Assembly (NCBI GenBank): GCA_030750665.1
Contig: JASMHR010000002.1
Location: 1-58,922, forward strand
Length of the DNA: 58,922 nucleotides
Direction: 5' to 3'
Source: Candidatus Poseidoniaceae archaeon
Lineage (GTDB): Archaea > Thermoplasmatota > Poseidoniia > Poseidoniales > Poseidoniaceae
The position numbers were made by a program, and so were the translations under genes. Of this stretch, positions 54,498-58,922 are shown piece after piece. The notes below the pieces were generated by a model that did not search any database, was not told where the DNA came from, and saw nothing but the letters and a program-made list of their open reading frames with translations. The first letter of the stretch is position 1; each line of letters begins with the position of its first letter.

Positions 54498-55514
54498 ATG
54501 TCAGCAGTCGATGAACTTGAACTTCACCGAATCATCGCCGATGGAGACATGGATGGCCTGTTCGCAGCCGTGGTATTGAAAGCCCGTTTTCCAAATGCAG
54601 AAGTCCGATTCAGCCATCCGGCTGAGATTCGTTCTGGAATCATTGATCACCTCATTGATAGGAATACTGCCATTTGTGATCTACCATTCCATGATCAATG
54701 TGGCCTGTATCTAGATCACCACGCCACCAATCGTCCTCCTCAAGATGTAGAAGAACTATTCACTCTTGAAGGTGGAATCTGTATCTGGGAAGATAAGCCC
54801 TCAGCAGCAAGAGTGGCTTGGGAACATTTCAGAGGCGCTGATTGCCTTCCATCTCTTGGTGATGCCATGGGTTTTGTGGATAGATTGGATTCAGGAGGGC
54901 TGCAATTGCAAGAACTGCGCGAAGGACACCCTTTGCTATGGTTCTCACGTACCATCGATGCACGAGATGGAGAATATGTCCATTCAGTGCTGAATAGATT
55001 GAGTCAGGGAATGCCTTTGGAGGAACTGCTGCATAGTACAGATGTTATGAGTCGTTGTGAACAACAAAGTTCCGCAGCAGAACGCCTCAATGAATTGATT
55101 TCAAAGAAGGTCGAAGTCATCGATAGATTGGCTATCATGAGAATGGATGGGACTGGAGAAAGGACAAATGGATACGCTTTGACTGCGTTTGTTGGTGAAG
55201 ACTGTGATGCATGTTGTATCATTCACGGGTGGGTGGATGGAGATATCAGTACTCCAGATAGACCTGCTCTCTCCGCTTCATTCTACTGCAACAGTTTCCT
55301 TCACCCAAATGGAGGTATTTTTGATCTTACAAGAATGGCGACTCTCTACGATGAAACAGGAGGGGGGCACCACAACGCATGTGGCTGCAGGATACAACCA
55401 CTCTCAACAGATGGAGATACTGAAAACAGATCTGTAGAATCAGGAGATGTTGAACGCAATCTGAAGGGATGGCTGGATGTCTGGAGCAATAGACTGTCCC
55501 GTTCGCTGGAATAG
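54498..55514 (+). CDS. DHH/DHHA1-family phosphoesterase (NrnA/RecJ-like)
   Basis: Motif I IADGDMDGLFAAVVL, motif III LYLDHHATN, and DHHA1 GGGHHNACG. ORF 54450..55514; the start is uncertain. Confidence 0.7.
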   Translation: MSAVDELELHRIIADGDMDGLFAAVVLKARFPNAEVRFSHPAEIRSGIIDHLIDRNTAICDLPFHDQCGLYLDHHATNRPPQDVEELFTLEGGICIWEDKPSAARVAWEHFRGADCLPSLGDAMGFVDRLDSGGLQLQELREGHPLLWFSRTIDARDGEYVHSVLNRLSQGMPLEELLHSTDVMSRCEQQSSAAERLNELISKKVEVIDRLAIMRMDGTGERTNGYALTAFVGEDCDACCIIHGWVDGDISTPDRPALSASFYCNSFLHPNGGIFDLTRMATLYDETGGGHHNACGCRIQPLSTDGDTENRSVESGDVERNLKGWLDVWSNRLSRSLE

Positions 55515-55540
55515 TTGACTACCTGTTATTGAAATAGTGG

Positions 55541-57895
55541 TTGAAACCGCCGCCTCCCATGCAGGAAGGGGTGACTGACCCAGAGATGCTGCGCGGACGA
55601 ATCTTCTACAGATTGGGGGAATTCTCCTATGACCATCGTCTCAAGACTACAGTGATTGGTGTTCTGGTTTGTATTATACTGGCATCATTGATGGGTATGG
55701 GCGCTGATTGGGCTGAATCATATGGCGAGGGCGACCTTGAAAGTCTCAATGCAGGCCAGATGTATAGAGAATACTTTCTTTCTGAAGGTGATGAAGACGG
55801 TAATGTCTTCATCTATCTAGTCCACCATCCGACACTGAATGATACCGATGAACAATGGCAGAATGCAGTTATTGCAGCCTTGAGTGAGTTGGATGAAAGA
55901 GAGGACATCGATGTCAACTATTCTTGGACCGTCTCATCTGAAGAAAGATACACCAGAATCAACGAACAGGAGGACGGTTTCTGGGCCATCAACACCATCA
56001 TCATCAATGGAGAACGAAAGGAATCAAAAAGTATCTATAACGAGATACATGATTCAATAAAGATCGACTCTGATTTTGAAGACTGGAGAACTGGTGATCT
56101 CGCTATCAGTAACTCATTTGATGTCAGGATTCAGAACGACCTTATCAAGGCTGAAATGTTCTCCGGACCGTTGTCATTGATAATTCTAGGAATCGTCTTC
56201 GGTTCAATCGTTGCAGCCCTTCTTCCAATAGGTGTTGGGTTGCTGACTGTTATTGCTGCAATGGGGGTGACAATATGGTTATCCAACATCACCGATGTCA
56301 CTCAATATTCAACCAACATAATCTCCTTGATAGGGATTGGTGTTTCCATTGATTACTCCCTGTTCCTAGTCAATCGATTCAGAGAGGAATTGGATAGAGG
56401 ACGAGACATCCGAACTGCTACCGCAATGAGCGTTGCTACCGCAGGAAAAGCGGTATTCTACTCTGGAGTGACGGTGGCTATCGGACTGATGGGAATGCTG
56501 TTCTTCGAGAACACCAGCCTCCCGAGTCTTGGGATTGGCGGTACTCTTGCAGTCAGCATCGCTATGGTCTATTCAGTCATCGTGCTTCCTGCAGTCTTAG
56601 CAATGTTGGGGCCGAAAGTAAACAACTGGAGGGTCCCTTTCTCGATGAATAACAAAGATTCTGAAAACGGAATGTGGGCAAGAATTGCTCGAACTGTCAT
56701 GAAACATCCCTGGGCGGTATTGATTCCGACACTGATTCTTCTAGTTGGTGCTGGATTACCATTTCTACAAGCCGAATTATCAATGTCCTCAGTTGAAGCA
56801 TTACCTCCCGAAGATGAATCTCGCCAGGGCTCAGATCACATCAATGATCTCTGGCCTGAAAGCGCCCAGAACAAGGCCCTGCTCATGATGGACCTCGATG
56901 GGGGTGACCCGCTCTCTGAAAATAATCTCAGGCATCAATACCGTTGGATTCAGGATACTCTCGGTGACTCAGAAGTAGTAGCAGTGTTCGGGGCTGCACT
57001 TCCTGATACCGGTATGAGCGAGGAACAGGTCATTCAATTCTGGACCACACCAGCAGAGTACCTGACTCCTGAACAGAACGTCACCAGAGAATACCTGCGA
57101 GAGAAATTCGTTGCTTCAGATATCACTTTCATCTCAATCGCGATGGATGGCCCACAGACCAGTACAATTTCTAGGCAATATGTCGAATCTATTCGAGAAA
57201 ACAGCGAAGACCTGATGCAAGGATTGGAAAGTGGTTCGCAAGCTGTACTTCTGGTCGGCGGTTTTTCTGCATATAGCGCCGATACTCTCGACGCTATCGA
57301 AGATAGTCTGCCCATCGCCCTGACCTTCATTTTCGGCGCCACCATCATCCTGATCTACATCCAAGTCGGTAGTGTCATCATCCCTTTCAAGGCCGTTATC
57401 ATGAACATCCTATCCATTTCAGCGTCCTTCGGAATGTTGGTGGTTGTCTTCCAATGGGGTTGGGGTTCAGACCTGCTTGGATTCAGCCCTCAACCAATCG
57501 ATTCCAGCAATCCAATCATTATGTTCTGCATCGTCTTTGGATTATCCATGGACTATGAAGTCCTGATGTTATCGCGGATACACGAAGAATGGGAGCGTAC
57601 TGGCGACAATACCACCGCAGTAGCCAATGGTCTACAGAGAACTGGGCGTCTTATCACTGGAGCCGCAGCAATCATGGTGGTGGTGTTCAGTTCGTTCGGT
57701 TTTTCATCAGTATTGATTCTCAAACAGATCGGATTCGGTCTAGCATTGGCTATCCTCATTGATGCCACCATTGTGCGTGCTCTGTTGGTTCCTGCGACGA
57801 TGCGCTTGATGGGGGAATGGAACTGGTGGACACCTACTTGGTTACCTGGTTCAGCACAAAATAAAACTCCTGTCAGTATTATTGAATCAGAATGA
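55541..57895 (+). CDS. MMPL/RND-superfamily membrane transporter
   Basis: 784 aa with two TM bundles. Motifs GIGVSIDYSLFLVNRFREEL and GLSMDYEVLMLSRIHEEW. The first ATG is at 55559. Confidence 0.85.
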   Translation: MKPPPPMQEGVTDPEMLRGRIFYRLGEFSYDHRLKTTVIGVLVCIILASLMGMGADWAESYGEGDLESLNAGQMYREYFLSEGDEDGNVFIYLVHHPTLNDTDEQWQNAVIAALSELDEREDIDVNYSWTVSSEERYTRINEQEDGFWAINTIIINGERKESKSIYNEIHDSIKIDSDFEDWRTGDLAISNSFDVRIQNDLIKAEMFSGPLSLIILGIVFGSIVAALLPIGVGLLTVIAAMGVTIWLSNITDVTQYSTNIISLIGIGVSIDYSLFLVNRFREELDRGRDIRTATAMSVATAGKAVFYSGVTVAIGLMGMLFFENTSLPSLGIGGTLAVSIAMVYSVIVLPAVLAMLGPKVNNWRVPFSMNNKDSENGMWARIARTVMKHPWAVLIPTLILLVGAGLPFLQAELSMSSVEALPPEDESRQGSDHINDLWPESAQNKALLMMDLDGGDPLSENNLRHQYRWIQDTLGDSEVVAVFGAALPDTGMSEEQVIQFWTTPAEYLTPEQNVTREYLREKFVASDITFISIAMDGPQTSTISRQYVESIRENSEDLMQGLESGSQAVLLVGGFSAYSADTLDAIEDSLPIALTFIFGATIILIYIQVGSVIIPFKAVIMNILSISASFGMLVVVFQWGWGSDLLGFSPQPIDSSNPIIMFCIVFGLSMDYEVLMLSRIHEEWERTGDNTTAVANGLQRTGRLITGAAAIMVVVFSSFGFSSVLILKQIGFGLALAILIDATIVRALLVPATMRLMGEWNWWTPTWLPGSAQNKTPVSIIESE

Positions 57896-58360
57896 TCACA
57901 ATACTTCGAAGATGTAAAGAAATCCTAGGAAACCATGCAATATCGTCAATATGATGATGATGTCAGCAGCCCTTCCGTGCCTGAGCTTCAAGTCCGTCCA
58001 ACTTTCGCCTTCGACCCTCGCTTTTGCAGTGCGTTTACCCATATTGGTCATGATGACCAACAATCCAATTCCCAATATTCCGAAGATTCCATGCACACTT
58101 GGCAACAAATAGGCGTTCCATCCCTCATCATCTATCAGCCCTCTTGCCACTTGAGCAATGAAAGCCACGCTGACTGTAAACAAGGCGACTGGTAGGAATC
58201 TCCTTCCCCAGAGTTCATGAGAATCTCGAGCATTCATCCTTTCTTCACCCTTGAGAGCCCTTCCACGTGCCCTCCAGCCATGTTGTTTGAGTATCCAATA
58301 GAGCAGGCCCAAGGCAAGAATAGGATGCAGCAGCAGGATGGCCATCCTTACTACATCCAT
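57896..58360 (-). CDS. Four-helix membrane protein (hypothetical)
   Basis: 154-aa hydrophobic ORF with conserved-looking His residues in its helices. Its stop abuts the MMPL stop. Confidence 0.55.
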   Translation of the reverse strand: MDVVRMAILLLHPILALGLLYWILKQHGWRARGRALKGEERMNARDSHELWGRRFLPVALFTVSVAFIAQVARGLIDDEGWNAYLLPSVHGIFGILGIGLLVIMTNMGKRTAKARVEGESWTDLKLRHGRAADIIIILTILHGFLGFLYIFEVL

Positions 58361-58472
58361 GTGCTCGCCCAGTTGTCATGCTCACGAGGCCGATGATTGA
58401 CCTTGCGGTCGCTTGTTGCTTCAGCGGTGCCTTCAAAGGGGAGCACCATCGGCCGGCGAATGCTGATTCACG

Positions 58473-58922
58473 ATGCTGGAACAGAGACTCCTTGAAGGCC
58501 TTGAGTCAGGCCTCAAAGGTGGCGATACCGCAGAAAGGCGCCAGTATCATGTGACTCGTTCCTCAGTCTGGGAGTTATTGCCCAAGGAATGGAAAGGACT
58601 GCTGCTGGTTGCTCTACGCAAAGAAGAGCCGCCAGAAGATGACGACAAGGGTTCACCCTCTCCATTGAAAAGACAGAAATCAGGAGGTGGTCGAAGGATG
58701 AAAAGAGGCCGCCTTGGACGTTCTTCAAATCAAGACCTACTGCCAGATAAGAACGATGTTCTAGAGGATTCGAGCAACCCTGTCACATTCAGAATGGCTG
58801 TATTATTGGTTCACAAATCCAGAGAAAGAGAGGCGTGGAGTGACAAAGATGAATCCGTGTTGGTGGAACTACGCTCAAAGTGTTCACTAGGAATACATCC
58901 TGTGTGGGGCAAAATGGCTGCT
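58473..58922 (+). CDS. Hypothetical protein, 5' partial (the ORF runs off the window end)
   Basis: An ATG at 58473 is followed by 150 open codons to the window edge (MLEQRLLEGLESGLKGGDTAERRQYHVTRSSVWELL...). It is absent from the ORF track because it has no stop. Confidence 0.35.
   Translation, partial: MLEQRLLEGLESGLKGGDTAERRQYHVTRSSVWELLPKEWKGLLLVALRKEEPPEDDDKGSPSPLKRQKSGGGRRMKRGRLGRSSNQDLLPDKNDVLEDSSNPVTFRMAVLLVHKSREREAWSDKDESVLVELRSKCSLGIHPVWGKMAA

Noticed and set aside
58388-58454. 8-bp long-range inverted repeat (GGCCGATG...CATCGGCC) enclosing ~50 nt, as a possible small structured RNA
   Set aside because: It lies in a divergent promoter region and the inner pairing is weak and partly competes with the outer stem. 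No C/D-box, H/ACA or other RNA-family signature is visible, so it cannot be distinguished from chance.

Overview
This is an archaeal chromosomal segment of euryarchaeote type. It encodes FtsZ, RadA, Spt5, SecE, ribosomal proteins P0/P1/L1/L11/L21e, RpoF, Pus10, a Fap7-like kinase and archaeal-type PGK. The many secreted proteins with Ca-binding repeats, the peptidases and the NSS transporter suggest an uncultured marine heterotroph, possibly Marine Group II-like, but that is only inference. Coding density is very high, at about 60 protein genes plus 2 tRNAs. Several gene pairs overlap by 4 nt, and some convergent genes abut. Recognisable operons are secE-spt5-rpl11-rpl1-rpl10-rpl12 (minus strand, 13.0-16.7 kb), rpl21e-rpoF-DUF655-ksgA (22.6-24.9 kb) and xseA-xseB. 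The rest is housekeeping metabolism (uppS, PGM/PMM, pgk, MTA/SAH-deaminase-like amidohydrolase, CDP-alcohol phosphatidyltransferase), transporters (NSS, CorA, CaCA, two MMPL/RND), two orphan DNA methyltransferases and three very large surface proteins. I see no CRISPR array, transposase, integrase or classical defence operon, so I cannot point to one compact novel multi-gene system. The most unusual observations are: (1) the rpl11 slot encodes only the L11 C-terminal domain; (2) spt5 carries an in-frame ~138-aa degenerate Nudix-like N-terminal extension; (3) Pus10 has a SAP-motif insertion; (4) a 1164-aa WD40 + TSP3-repeat + TM + Zn-ribbon protein lies divergent from ftsZ; (5) a membrane-tethered double winged-helix regulator sits in a cluster of secreted and acidic proteins; (6) a membrane-protein gene is interrupted by one in-frame TAA; (7) the tRNA-Thr 3' end is duplicated 116 nt downstream; (8) a near-identical BRE/TATA-like 14-mer precedes three information-processing operons. 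All functional calls rest on motifs read by eye from the supplied translations. No database search was run.
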